DNA of 64,000 nt from Octopus sinensis (lineage: Eukaryota), in the NCBI RefSeq assembly GCF_006345805.1, contig NC_043004.1, positions 96,100,001 to 96,164,000 of the forward strand, read 5' to 3'. The translations under genes were made by a program, and so were the position numbers. The notes below the pieces were generated by a model, which did not search any database, had not been told where the DNA came from, and was given only the letters and a program-made list of their open reading frames with translations. The first letter of the stretch is position 1; the number at the start of each line of letters is the position of its first letter. Positions 25,245 through 38,460 of the stretch are shown in pieces.

Positions 25245-26182
25245 TATAATAGATGACATAGATGCCAATTTAAAGAATGCCACAGTATTGAAATATGCAG
25301 ACGACATCAAGCTGTACCTTGAAATCAAGAGGACTGATCCTGATGTTTACAACTCTTTCCTGCAATCAGACCTAGACACAATGCAGCAATGGATCACAGA
25401 CTGGCAACTGAAACTGGCTGTGGACAAGTGTACCACCATGCATTTTAGGAGAAAAAACCCTGCGTCCACATACTCCCTCCACAACACTGATATCAAGAAA
25501 TCCTCTTGCGAGCGTGACCTAGGCATCACTGTCAGCAGTGATTTGCGTTGGAAAAAAGCATATCTCTAAAATTGTCAAGAAGGCCGAGGGTGTCTTGGCA
25601 TCACTCAGTAAGACTTTTGTTAGCCGCTCTCCAGCCATCTATTTAAAACTGTATACAGCTATGGTACGACCACACTTGGAATTCGCATCATCAGTTTGGA
25701 ATCCCTATCTTGCTCAGAACATTGACCTCCTGGAATCTGTCCAGAGACGTGCAACCAAACGCATACCCTCCATCAGACACCTACCATATTCTGAGCGTCT
25801 TGTTTCCCTGGGCATGGATTCACTGAAGCTCCGGCGTCTGGCGACGGACTTGGTAAACACCCACAAGGTTATCAACCACCTCACCAACAACAACACTGAA
25901 CACCTTTTTGATCTCCATGTGTCTAACACACATGGACATGCCTACAAAGTCAGAAAACAACACAGCTCCCATGACTTTCGGAAACATTTTTTCACGCTCA
26001 GGGTTGCTGAAGCGTGGAATAAACTGCCTGCATCAGTTGTTGACTGCCATGACACTGCATCCTTTAAGGCCCTCATGCTTCCCGAAATCCGTCGAAACTA
26101 CACCTGATTATATATACACTTTAGATGAGTTGTAGTGCACCTGAGCACTGTACACAATTATTATTATTATTATTATTATTAT
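25245..26182 (+). mobile_element. CR1-group LINE, 5'-truncated RT 3' end
   Basis: KYADDIKL..LQSDL..DKC..ERDLG..VRPHLEFASSVWNPY..LESVQRRATK..WNKLP; one frameshift near 25555; stop at 26107; (TTA)n tail. Confidence 0.92.
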
Positions 26183-26341
26183 AATGAATATATATATATA
26201 TATATGAACTAGATAATTTATATATTAAATGTATTAAATATTTACAGCTGTATATATTATTTGAATACCTATATCTATGACGTATGCATATATATGCAAG
26301 CAACATTTTCATGTATATATGTCATATTTGCATATATACAC

Positions 26342-26435
26342 AAAAGACTTTTTCTATTCCTGAGCGTTATACTAATACATCTGTTTGTTTTGTACACCAC
26401 CTGTCTTCGTCTTTTGTTTTTTGAGAACTCCCCCC
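26342..26435 (+). mobile_element. Solo 3' part of the Penelope pLTR family P
   Basis: Reverse complement of 32630-32723. Confidence 0.8.
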
Positions 26436-26539
26436 CCCTATATATATATATATATATATATATTTACAAACATGTATGTATTTATATGTGCATATATATA
26501 TATGTATGTGTGTTTGTGTGTCTGTATATATATATTAAC

Positions 26540-27400
26540 ATTGCCTTGGACCACACTATTTTCGCATTCTCCAGCTCAGTCATCTAGAAACTCACCGACT
26601 CTAAGCCCTACCTTGAATTCTCCTTGCACTCACCCACTTCAAGTTTTCTGTTTTGTATTCTGAATTCCTTTGTTGCCAGTGCCTCTACAGTTGTACGTAC
26701 AACTTCAAGATGCATGCTCCAAACATGACTCATTCCTACCTTTTACTTGCTTGCCCACCCACTCTTATCGAATGTGCCCTCCCCCATCTGCTGTTTACCA
26801 CCCCACAGCTGTTACACCATGCACATGTAATTTCACTCAACACATTCCCCTTTCCTTGACCTACTACCCCACTCACTTGCCTTTACAGCACATCGTCCTC
26901 CGTCTTTTCCACTACTAACACTCCGACTCTGCCACATCCTGCTTCTTCCCTCTTTCATCAATTACTTTCTTTAAACATTCCTGCTACCATTGCAATATCC
27001 TTGTCCATAGCTCTTCTTTCAGCGCAAGCCATCTTTTTCATGGTTCCCCCTTGATCCTGTCCTTGCAGCTTTTCTTTCTAACACTACCACTCTTATCAGC
27101 CTCAGCCACTGAACTTTCCACATTAAAGATTCCTCTACAAAACTGATTTATGCACTCCAGTGTTCTTCCTGAAATAGCATCTACATCAAACTGTCTGCCA
27201 AATTGCTTATGGAACACCTCAGAAATATCTCGCTTGACAACAGGTCACCTGTCTCTCAACACTTCCACTCCACCAACCGTTTCTTGCAAAATAATCTGGT
27301 TTTCTTTGTAGCTGCAACCAACCTGTCACCATCCCATTGCTCTCTTCATTTCTCCTCCCCCATCTTTCAGTCCAAATTTTCCTCCTCGATATTTAAAGGT
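26540..27400 (+). mobile_element. Highly decayed Penelope-like element (RT C-terminus / GIY-YIG region)
   Basis: EHLRNI..PVSQHFHS and ILVHS motifs; C-rich composition like 30700-31950. Confidence 0.55.
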
Positions 27401-27548
27401 TTTTCTCCCCGTCTGCTTCCTGACTATACACATCTTGCTCTTCTATCAAACTACTCCTATGCACACCACTCACATTCATTCCTTCCCCCACTAATTATGT
27501 CTCCCCACTAATTCTTATACTCATGCATGTGTCCTCAACCCACCAATA

Positions 27549-27709
27549 CCTATTTCTTTATTACCCACAAGGGGCTAAACACAGAGGGGACAAACAAGGA
27601 CAGACATAGGTATTAAGTCGATTACATCGACCCCAGTGCGTAACTGGTACTTAATTTATCGACCCCGAAAGGATGAAAGGCAAAGTCGACCTCGGCGGAA
27701 TTTGAACTC
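27549..27709 (-). mobile_element. SINE family B, 5'-truncated
   Basis: Near-identical to 10304-10460. Confidence 0.9.
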
Positions 27710-28352
27710 CACCATTTCCACATACACTCCTCCCTGCTAACGAATCCCCACACCTTTTCGTCTCTCCTTGATACTTTCACATACACACCTCTCCCTTTTA
27801 TTATCTTGTCCACTTGACACACCCAATAACCCATGACGGTCAGCATACATAACCCTACGCACCATTGTATTGACATGCACACCCATACATATCTACTCTC
27901 CACACACATATCATCACCATGTACTCACATTTGATCTCCCTGACACATATACACTTACCTGTTTCCTTTGTTCTCTCTACACCCATTCTGTCTGTCTCTC
28001 ACTCTGTCCCTTATTCTCTCCAGCATCTGATTAAGTACTATTTGTATAGCTCCTGGTTTCTACCATAACTTGCTTCTTTAACAAATCATCATCATATCAC
28101 TACGTATCACACGCGTTACCTGAGCAACCACATCCCAACACTTTCACTTTCATATACTCTATCAATCAACCAGACCAGACCAGACCTGACGATATGAAGA
28201 GGGACTCTATATATATAGTCATTCAATGCTAACCAGACCACATTTGCACAAATTTCTGTTTGACAAAGAACCCCCCACATACACATTCATAATGTGTGCA
28301 TGTTGCACTTATATACACACAAGCGCAAGAAGGCGTACCGATATTATATATA

Positions 28353-28420
<68 letters not shown>

Positions 28421-28423
<3 letters not shown>

Positions 28424-28818
28424 TCTTTACTCTTTTACTTGTTTCAGTCATTTGACTGCGGCCATGCTGGAGCACCACCTTTAGTCGAGCAACTCGACCC
28501 CGGGACTTATTCTTTGTAAGCCCAGTACTTATTCTATCGGTCTCTTTTGCCGAACCGCTAAGTGACGGGGACGTAAACACACCAGCATCGGTTGTCAAGC
28601 AATGCTAGGGGGACAAACACAAACACACACACACATATATATATACATATATACGACAGGCTTCTTTCAGTTTCCGTCTACCAAATCCACTCACAAGGCA
28701 TTGGTCGGCCCGGGGCTATAGCAGAAGACACTTGCCCAAGATGCCACGCAGTGGGACTGAACCCGGAACCATGTGGTTGGTTAGCAAGCTACTTACCACA
28801 CAGCCACTCCTGCGCCTA
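28421..28818 (-). mobile_element. SINE family A, full length
   Basis: Reverse-complement match to consensus. Confidence 0.92.
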
Positions 28819-29259
28819 TATATATATATATTATATATATATATACACCTGTACACATGTTTGTTCATTCACTCACACACATATCTCCTTCTGCTACTTC
28901 CAATTTACTTGGCAACTGTGTTTCATAACAAACTTGCTAACCCACATACACACTCCCAACACCTACATTAATTTCTCTTCACTATTCTGTCGAAAGATAG
29001 GCACTTTTCTATCACATGATACCTTACTCTTCTACATCATACATTCTGGCTTTGCTCTCTTCAGCTGATTTCTCCTGATTTTCCTTCCTGCTAGATTTAC
29101 TAGTTCTTCCAGGATTTTCAAACAGCTGTAAAAATTAATTTTATTTTCTCTTTATTCTTTCTTCATTTATCAGTGATTTAGCTTGCTCATACAACTACCA
29201 TTAACAACTCCTCATCATCTATGGACAATTTCACCTTTCTGAACTTGATAGCAGCTATA

Positions 29260-29732
29260 TAATCTCGAAAGCGTCCAGAAGCTGGATATCCGCATGGTTC
29301 TTGGTCTCAAGTATTTGTCTTATGAAGAAAGGCTGAAGACGCTCGACCTTTATTCTCTAGAAAAACGACGACGCCGTGGTGATCTCATTCTTGCTCACAA
29401 CATCATAAGCGGAAAGTGTAACCTCTCGAAAGAGCTGTTCTTCACTCCTGCTCCAGAGCGTCGGCTGCGGGGTCATTCCGAAAAGCTCTATCTGCGACGA
29501 TTTCATCTCAATCGAAGGAGAGGGGCTTTCTCCGTCCGGATTGCGGATCCGTGGAATAAGCTACCGGACGAGATAGTGAAGATGTCGACGACTGCTCGGT
29601 TCAAAGTCTCTCTTGACCAGAAATGGCCTGAACTCTTTGCATGAACACCCTCCCTGTACATAACTCCATGTCCCCCTACATGACCTTCTCTTTTTGCTTT
29701 TTAAGCCCAAAAATAACTTAACTTAACTTAAC
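29260..29732 (+). mobile_element. Second CR1-group LINE 3' end
   Basis: LESVQ..LSYEERLKTLDLYSLEKRRRRGDLI..RGHS..FSVR..WNKLP; (taact)n tail; sequence distinct from 25245-26182. Confidence 0.9.
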
Positions 29733-29832
29733 CTCCCTGGACATTTTATCTGCATTATTTTGTATTCATCATCATCATTTAACGTCTGTGTTCCATATTT
29801 TTTCTCACAATGGTTTTGACATAAGCACCACT

Positions 29833-29907
<75 letters not shown>

Positions 29908-30044
29908 AGTGGTGCTTATGTCAAAGGAGGCGAGAGCTGAGTGAGAGAAGTGAGAGTCAAATTATAGAAAATCAGAGAAAGATTAATTACAATACAACAC
30001 TGATATAAAATTTAAAAAAGCATTACATAGTTGAAATTTACAGA

Positions 30045-31950
30045 AAAACAAAAGATGAAGACAGGTGTATAAACAACAAGCAAGTGTATTATATTCACGC
30101 TCGGGAAGGTGAGAAAGTCTTTTACGTTTCGAACCTACACTCTTCAACAGAAAGGAACACGAAGAAATAAACAGAGAGAAAATAAACTTTTGGATTTAGC
30201 GGTCAATCATGGCGACTGGTTGGACAAAGGTAGTTAGACAGGAGAGATAGGAAGAAGGGGAGATATAAAAGTACTGGTAATCCCAAAATGAAGGTGCGTG
30301 TGCGTGTGTGTATGTGAGAATGTGTGTGTGTGCATGTGGATAGGGGCTGGTGACTGACGTGTGCATGTGTGCGTGTGTAAATGTGTGCGTCTGTAATGTG
30401 TAGGTGTGTGGATGATGGTGTGGGTGCTGGGAAGTGGTCAGTGCTAGTGTGTGCGGAGTGGTGTGGGATGGTGTGATATGATGTGGTGGTGTTGGGTGCA
30501 GGTTTAGGTTGAGGATGTGGGGTAGCGGTGAGGTGTGTGGGAGTGGAGTATGGATGGAGGGGTTATCAACGAAAGGAGAAGGTGGGTAGGAGTGAAGAGA
30601 GCAAGTAGGTGTCAGATGAAGAGAGGAGAGGAGGGCGGTCAGATGAAAAGGGGAGGAGAGTTTAGCCCGTGTGTCACAAAGGAGCGAAGAGAAAAAATAA
30701 ATCCTGTTCACGGCGAAGGTGAGAATCCAGATGGCCCCTGTACAAGAATCCGGATGGCCCCTGTGTCTGAACACAGACAGGTGTTGTAATGAATGGCCGA
30801 GAGAGCGGAAATAGCGTGAGACTGGGGTGTCACTACTAACTCTAATGTCTCAGAGGTCCTCCGCGAACTGGTCAGCCAAGCGGCGTTCAGTTTGACCAAC
30901 TTACAAGGAAGGACACAAAGAGTAGGAGATGCAGTAAATGATGTTGATAGCAGTGCAGGTAAAGGAGTCAGTGATATGATAAGGACGATGATGGGTGCCT
31001 GTGAAGATGGTAGTGTTGGAGAGTTAGGTGCAAGTGCGGCAGCATGAGTAGGCGCAGAGGAACGAGCCAGATTGGGAGGTGGGGTTAGGGAAGAAACTTT
31101 GGACCAGGATATCACGTAGGTTGTGGGCTCGTTTTAAGGTGGGAAGGGGTAGGTTGGGAAGATGTGCAAAGTAGAGGGGTCGAACCGGGGTCACCGGAAG
31201 GCTCAGAGAATGGTGCGTTGAGGGGCGGGATGGAGGAGTAGTAGATGAGGGGAATGGGGGGTGGGTAATGGAGAACCAGTTGCGAGGAGAGAGAGCAGTG
31301 GTATGGTCCACTGAACGTGCTCTGGCAAGGGTGGTGTGGATAGTGGTGATGGGATATCCACGAAGAATGAATGAAGGGGCGAGCCACGAGTTGAGACTGA
31401 GTCTCAAAGTCATGGTTGTCACTTCTTCCATCCTGCCCTCGAATTCTCCTGCACCATTTCCAAAACTTCCGTCGCCTTTCTCGACATTTTGGTTAACAAA
31501 CACAGCTCAACTCTCATTACCTCCATCCACTACAAACACATCGAGTTACACTCGTACCTGCACAGATGGAGAACTTGGTGTGAGTAGGGTAGAGGGAGGA
31601 GAAGTTGAGGTATGAGTGTGAGTCGGTGTGAGTTGCGTATGTTGACCGAAATGTCGAGAAAGGTGACTGAAGTTTTGGAAATCCATCGAGGGAAGGATGG
31701 AAGGATTGAATAAAAGAGAGGAAGGAGTCTAGTTGTTCACGGGAGAGCGAAGTTGCATCGATACTGTCATCAACATAACGACCGTATAGTTCGGCAGTGG
31801 GACCAGTGAATCGTGAAAATATTTAGACCTCAATGTAACCAACGAACAGGTTCGCATAGTTGGGGCCCGTTCTCATTATCATAGCTATTCCCGAGACCTG
31901 TTGGTCAAACTACCCCACAAACGAGAAGCAGTAAAGGGAGAGAACAAGTT
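30045..31950 (-). mobile_element. Penelope-like element remnant with terminal pLTR (family P)
   Basis: RT motifs GPNYANLFVGYIE and YGRYVDD (~31760-31870); HNLRDILVQS..C..CCRTC linker; pLTR carrying an HHR-like motif at 30116-30156. Confidence 0.85.
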
Positions 31951-32032
31951 CAGCCACACATGTTTATACATGGATATCTATACATACACATATAAACACA
32001 TGTACATATGCATCTATCTATCTATCTATCTA

Positions 32033-32095
<63 letters not shown>

Positions 32096-32126
32096 ATCTA
32101 TCTATCTATCTATCTATTATATATAT

Positions 32127-32182
<56 letters not shown>

Positions 32183-32273
32183 TATGTATATATATATATG
32201 TATATGTATATATGTATATATATATGAATGACATCTTCATTCATATATGTATAAATATATACATGTATATATA

Positions 32274-32434
32274 TAGCTGTGTGGTAAGTAGCTTGCTAAC
32301 CAACTACATGGTTCCGGGTTCAGTCCCACTGCGTGGCATCTTGGGCAAATGTCTTCTGCTATAGCCCCGGGCCGACCAATGCCTTGTGAGTGGATTTGGT
32401 AGACGGAAACTGAAAGAAGCCTGTCGTATATGTG

Positions 32435-32465
<31 letters not shown>

Positions 32466-32612
32466 ATCTGTTTGTGTGTCTGTGTTTGTCCCCCTAGCAT
32501 TGCTTGACAACCAAAAGAGACCGATAGAATAAGTACTGGGCTTACAAAGAATAAGTCCCGGGGTCGGGTGCTCCAGCATGGCCGCAGTCAAATGACTGAA
32601 ACAAGTAAAAGA
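32274..32612 (+). mobile_element. SINE family A with internal deletions
   Basis: Consensus match lacking two internal blocks. Confidence 0.9.
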
Positions 32613-32627
32613 ATATATATGTATATA

Positions 32628-32820
32628 GGGAGATTTTATGAAAAAAAACAAAAGACGAAGACAGGTGGTGTACAAAACAAACAGATGTATTAGTATAAAG
32701 CTCAGAAATAGAAAAGGTCTTTTACGTTTCGAGCCTACGCTCTTCTACAGAAAGGGACCCAGAAAAAACAAAGAGAGAAAAGAATGCGTGTAGTGGCTAA
32801 CGATCTATCATGGCGACTGA
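32628..32820 (-). mobile_element. Penelope pLTR family P, solo copy with minimal HHR motif
   Basis: Minus strand: cttt CTGTAGA A GAGC gtag GCTC GAAAC GTA aaag. Confidence 0.8.
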
Positions 32821-32897
32821 TAGACTTTATATTAAAATTTTATGTATTGATTAAGTCTTTTCTTGTTTGGTTTTAAAATAGTGGTTTTGTCTCGAAT

Positions 32898-32967
<70 letters not shown>

Positions 32968-33641
32968 GCACACACATACATATATATTTCTATTGCATAA
33001 ATGAAGAGTGTCTGTCAATTTTTGTTTGTGAAATTCACTCAAAAGGCTTTATACTCCCTAGAGCTATAATTGATGACACTTACCCGTGGTCCATGAAATG
33101 GGACTGAACCTGAAGTCACGTGGTTTGGAAGCAAAGTTCCTAGCCACACAGCTATGTTTGCGTACACGTGCACACACACACATATACACAGACATACACA
33201 CACACACTTATGTATAGAAGAGATGTTTTCTGAACTTCTTTGACATGCAACGGAATTCTTTCACATAATAGAGAGGAAAAAAGAATGTCAAAAATTAGAT
33301 ATAGCGCTATAACAATTGGTAACATGTGTGATGGCAGCTCAGGCTAAGAAACAAAATATCACAAAGAAATGCAGTAATTAATAAGTAACTTTTCACTTGT
33401 ATATATAAACAAACACAAACAGATGAATAGGTAGGTATGAGGTAGGTATTTGTGATAGATGAAAAGGAAATAGAATGATGGAGCAGACTATACAGGTAAA
33501 TCTATGAAGTCAGACATACAGATGGTAAAAGAAAGTTGAACGAGTGCAGAAGATTCTTGTGTATTTCAATGCGTGCTTGTTTGTGTGTGGGTGTGATTAC
33601 ATAACAGATTATTTTTTGTATGCATGCACATATATACATAC

Positions 33642-33676
<35 letters not shown>

Positions 33677-34379
33677 CATACAAATATATTTATATATATA
33701 CATATATATATAAATATATACATTATATACATATGTATATAGACACACACATATATATGTATGTATGTGTGTATATGTATATACATATACATAAACCCAT
33801 ACATATATATATATATATGTGTGTGTGTGATCTGTGTCGGTGCATGTTCGTTTTGAGGGAGGGGATACATAAACGCATCAGTCTGTTTTGTTTGTGATAT
33901 ATTTATGGTATTTGTGTAGAATTCTTTAGGGTTTTTTATATCTTTCTGTATGAAGTTGCTAGAGAAAAGCGAAATACTCTGTATGTTTATGTGAGAAAAT
34001 GAGCCTCTACGTGTGGAATCTTGGTGTTTCAATGGTTCTAAATATGTCCATGTTCACTTCTGTGCTGGTATGAGTCTATAGGTGTACATGCACAATAGTG
34101 TTTGTGTGTATATACATACATCTATTATCATAATGCTGAGTCCATTTGTCCAAGCCTGTACATGTCATAAGTATCATTTTCAGCACTACAACTTGGATAT
34201 GCAATTATATGTGCAGTTAAGAAATAGAAAATTGGTGTTCAGATTGTGGCATCACCATTTCAGGTAAAGTATATCCCTGTACTATTTTTAATCATCTCTA
34301 GTCCAGAGATTTGCAAACTGTATGTGTGTGTGTGGAGGGGTGATAAATGTAATATCTATATATATTCTTTTATTCCTTT

Positions 34380-34572
34380 ACTTGTAAGCCCAGTACTTAT
34401 TCTATCGGTCTCTTTTGCCGAACCGCTAAGTGACGGGGACGTAAACACACCAGCATCGGTTGTCAAGCAATGCTAGACACACAAACATATACACACACAT
34501 ACATATATATATACATATATACGACGGGCTTCTTTCAGTTTCCGTCTACCAAATCCACTCACAAGGCATTGG
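34380..34572 (-). mobile_element. SINE family A, internal fragment
   Basis: Consensus match. Confidence 0.88.
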
Positions 34573-35169
34573 TGTGTATGTATGTGTATACATACATACA
34601 TACATACATGTCTGAGTGTATATATATATGTATATATATTTAGAAAGTTGTTTGTAAAAGTAGTCAGAGAGTGATCATTTGCTTACATAATTGACTTGTC
34701 AAACTCAAAAGGCTTGAGGCACATAACATCTCTATCACTGGAAGGAGGAAAACGTCATGGTCAGTTAATTTTGTAAACAAAAATATTCCAGAACGAAACT
34801 CTACTGGTAAAAGCGTGGGCGGATTATATTCACGGTCTCTGCTAGAGACACCTGAAGCCGATAGCATTTCCTTAGTCGTCAAGTCGGGAATTCTAAGTAT
34901 CCAGCACGAGTTTCATCTGATGAGGACACTGAATAAACATCTCTTTTTGGAGTTTAAAAAGGTTTCCGAGTCAAGTGACTTTTTCCTTACACTTTCTCAT
35001 TCAGTTGGCTTCTATTGAGGTATGGCTCCAGTTGTTTTAGGATCCTCTATTTAATTACGTATGATGTATCTTCCTCTTTTAAATGCCATACGTAGCTGAC
35101 CAGAGACGTGACGTTTAAACTTATTCCTTCTGGCAATAGGCACAAGGCCTAAAATTTTGAAGAAGAAGG

Positions 35170-35332
35170 CAAGTCGATTATATAAGTATCACTGCTTGAC
35201 TGGTACTTGCTTCAGTGACCCCCAAAAGATAAAAGGCAAAGTCGATCTTGGCAGAATATGTACTCAGAACGTAAAAACAATTGAAATACTGCTAAGTATC
35301 TGGAATACTAACGATTCTGTCAACTTGGTACC
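35170..35332 (-). mobile_element. SINE family B, diverged
   Basis: aagtcgatta..tggtactt..gaccccaaaagataaaaggcaaagtcgatcttggcagaat. Confidence 0.75.
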
Positions 35333-36258
35333 TTACATACATGTATACTTACATACCTGTTCTTTCGAGGTTTCTAATTTGTTTATGGATGACCATACCT
35401 TGATATTTCACATCGTCAATGATAATCTTTTCTTGAATATGAGTTATTTGGATTACTTGAGGAATTACATTTATCATCATTCAAGAGAAATAATCATCAC
35501 TATTTAGACCAAGACCTTGCTTATTTAAATCCTCTTGCAGCATCTTACTATTTAGACACCCAAAGTCTTTGATCTATTGCCAAAGAGTAGAAAGTTGTGA
35601 GACTTATGAGATATGTATAATGTATCTTTGCATACAAAATTGTGTACGAATTTGGCATACATTTTTCAAGAGGTGTATATCTACATATAGTTTTAGTTAT
35701 ATCACCTTGTCCATTTCTGTATATCTCTGGCATTCGTATATGAGGAAAACCGTATTTATTGTTCAACATGATTCGCTCTTTTGGCATTTTTCATATTCTT
35801 TTATAAAACCCATTGACTTTTATAAACGTATTTGCTTATATTTATGTGCATGTATTTGCATGTGTTTGAGTGTACAAGCAGAAGAAAAAAACATACGATA
35901 CATGTGAAGTTTATTTATTCATTCCAAGCTGATAATACATTACTTTTGGTTATTTATTTTTGTGATATGACAAGTCTTCTAACTCTTCATGCTTCTTTAT
36001 ATCACACGAATGAAGTATTTAAAGGTAGGAAACTTGGAGTAGCAATGGTGTGAATCAGAAGCTTAAAATGTTTGCGTTGATATCTATGCATATACTCATA
36101 CAATATTTTTTTTGACATGCCACTCTATACTGATATACATACATGTGCGTGCATATATGTATATATATAAAATATGATGTAAGAAATATATTATATATGT
36201 AAAGTATATTGTAACATATAAACATGCATAATCATACACACATACACATACACACACA

Positions 36259-36469
36259 CGCAAGGGGGTGTTGAAAAGTTCCTGGCTTTGAGTAAGACAA
36301 AATACAGGGGATTCGGTTATGATTTGATTCAAAATATTCCCCTCTCAGATTCACGTACTTATTGTAGTGGCCCTTCAGTTTTTCTAAGCCCTGTAAAGGA
36401 ACTCAGAAGTTTGGGACACCAACCAGGCCTTTTGTGCTACCCTTAAAGCCAGGAACTATTCACTACTCC

Positions 36470-36474
<5 letters not shown>
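36259..36474. mobile_element. Mariner-derived MITE (uninterrupted)
   Basis: TIRs gggggtgttgaaaagttcctggcttt / aaagccaggaactattcactactccc; internal gtgaatctgagaggggaata (minus) resembles a mariner transposase C-terminus (VNLRGEY). Confidence 0.85.
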
Positions 36475-36512
<38 letters not shown>

Positions 36513-36592
36513 GCACATACATACACACACAAACACACACACATATATATAAATATATGTATGTGTATATATATATATATATATATGTATAT

Positions 36593-36762
36593 GGGCGCAG
36601 GAGTGGCTGTGTGGTAAGTAGCTTGCTAACCAACCACATGGTTCCGGGTTCAGTCCCACTGCGTGGCATCTTGGGCAAGTGTCTTCTGCTATAGCCCCGG
36701 GCCGACCAATGCCTTGTGAGGGGATTTGGTAGACGGAAACTTAAAGAAGCCTGTCGTATATG

Positions 36763-36794
<32 letters not shown>

Positions 36795-37012
36795 CGAGAG
36801 TGTTTCTATGTCTGTGTTTGTCCCCCTAGCATTGCTTGACAACCGATGCTGGTGTGTTTACGTCCCCGTCACTTAGCGGTTCGGCAAAAGAGACCGATAG
36901 AATAAGTACTGTGCTTACAAAGAATAAGTCCCGGGGTCGATTTGCTCGACTAAATGCGGTGCTCCAGCATGGCCGCAGTCAAATGACTGAAACAAGTAAA
37001 AGAATAAAAGAA
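36593..37012 (+). mobile_element. SINE family A, full length
   Basis: Consensus match. Confidence 0.92.
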
Positions 37013-37081
37013 TACATATATATATATATACACACACACATAAATATTATGTATACATATTTTTATGCAGTTAGGTATATA

Positions 37082-37234
37082 TCATAGAGGGACCAATGAT
37101 CTTGTATCTATAAAGCGCATAGCTTTATGGACGACTCGTCAGTCTCTATGTAGGACTTGCCAGAGATTAGAGTTTGACAAGTCATCCATAAAACTATATG
37201 TTCTATGGATGCGAAACCATTGGTCAGTCTATGA
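37082..37234. ncRNA. Head-to-head pair of hammerhead ribozyme motifs forming a palindrome with 67-bp arms
   Basis: Plus arm: tagagt TTGACAA g tcatccataaaac tatat gttctatggatg c GAAAC cattg GTC agtcta. The minus arm has an intact CTGACGA but a decayed GAAAC. Confidence 0.7.
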
Positions 37235-37306
37235 CTGGACATATATCTAACTGCATGTAAATACATTAATGTTCTATATTTTACAGTGTGCTTCTTCTGC
37301 GGTTAT

Positions 37307-37537
37307 AGGCGGCGAGCTGGCAGAAACGTTAGCGGGCCGGGCGAAATGCTTAGCGGTATTTCGTCTGTCGTTACGTTCTGAGTTCAAATTCCACCAAGGT
37401 CGACTTTGCCTTTCATCCTTTCGGGGTCGATAAATAAAGTACAAGTTTCGCACTGGGGTCGATGTAATCGACTCAATCCCTTTGTCTGTCCTTGCTTGTC
37501 CCCTCTATGTCTAGCCCCTTGTGGGTAGTAAAGAAAT
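37307..37537 (+). mobile_element. SINE family B, full length
   Basis: aggcggcgagctggcagaaacgttagc head, gagttcaaattcc B-box-like motif, gtcgactttgcctttcatcctttcggggtcgataaa central domain. Confidence 0.92.
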
Positions 37538-37714
37538 ATATATGATACACTGACGATATACACTGTATATGTGTGTGTGTTTATATGTGTGCGTGTGTAT
37601 AGATAGATAGATACAAAAATACATACATACATACATGCATCCTTGTTAGAAACCGGTTCCCTCTGTGGACGATTTAGAATACCTAAAAAACAAAAGAGAC
37701 ATATATATTATTCA

Positions 37715-38460
37715 AATTTACAGAGAACAAAAGACGAAGATAGGTGTAGGAACAACAAGCAGGTGTATTAGTTTAATGTTTGGCAAGAATGGAAAAGCTT
37801 TTTATGTTTCAAGCCTACGCTCTTCGGCGGAAAGGATTAAAAGGAACAAAAAAAGGAGAGAGAATGAAAAAAAAGTGGGGAGAGAAAACGAATTTGTTAA
37901 CGATTAACGAGTCAACATGACGATATAGCCAGAAGTCTGAATGAAAGGGAGATAGTTACAGTGATCCGGCCGAGCGAATTTATTCTCTTGAACGTGTGTG
38001 TATGTGAGAATGGTGTGTGTTTGTGAATGGGGGTGAGTGTGTGAATATATGTGAGCGAGCTGAAAAATATATGGACCGTGTGTGTGTGTGTGTAAGCGAC
38101 CCAGTGCATACATTAAGTAGAATGCATACATTACATGTGCGGTTTTCATGTGTGTGTGCAAATCCATTGATCTGGGTGTGCGTGTGTGTAATGGTCTGGG
38201 AAGTGAGTCATGAGTTGAACAGTGTGTATGGGTGTTTGTATAGTGGTGTGAGTGTGGTGAGGGTACAGAAGTAGGCGATATGCAGGTTTGTAGGTGGAGG
38301 GAAGAGGCAGGTGAATATGGGAGGCGTGTGAGAATCTGTGAGATGGGGTCAGATGAAGAGAAGTAGTGAGTTGAGTCCAAGAGGCACAAAGGAACGAAGG
38401 GAGAAGATTAATTCTCGTTCATGACGAAGGCGAGAGTCCAGGTGACCCCTGTGCAGAGAT
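37715..38460 (-). mobile_element. Penelope family P, 3' region with pLTR
   Basis: 37720-37925 matches 30045-30215; 38415-38458 matches 30703-30746. Confidence 0.8.

Noticed and set aside
28185-28225. CTGACGA...GTC motif
   Set aside because: The GAAAC half of the core is absent
28592-29068. Recurrent ORFs MSSNARGTNT.../[12 protein letters not shown]... resembling a gene family
   Set aside because: All are translations of SINE family A copies
34917-34990. CTGATGAGGAC resembling an HHR core
   Set aside because: No complementary helix II strand followed by GAAA downstream
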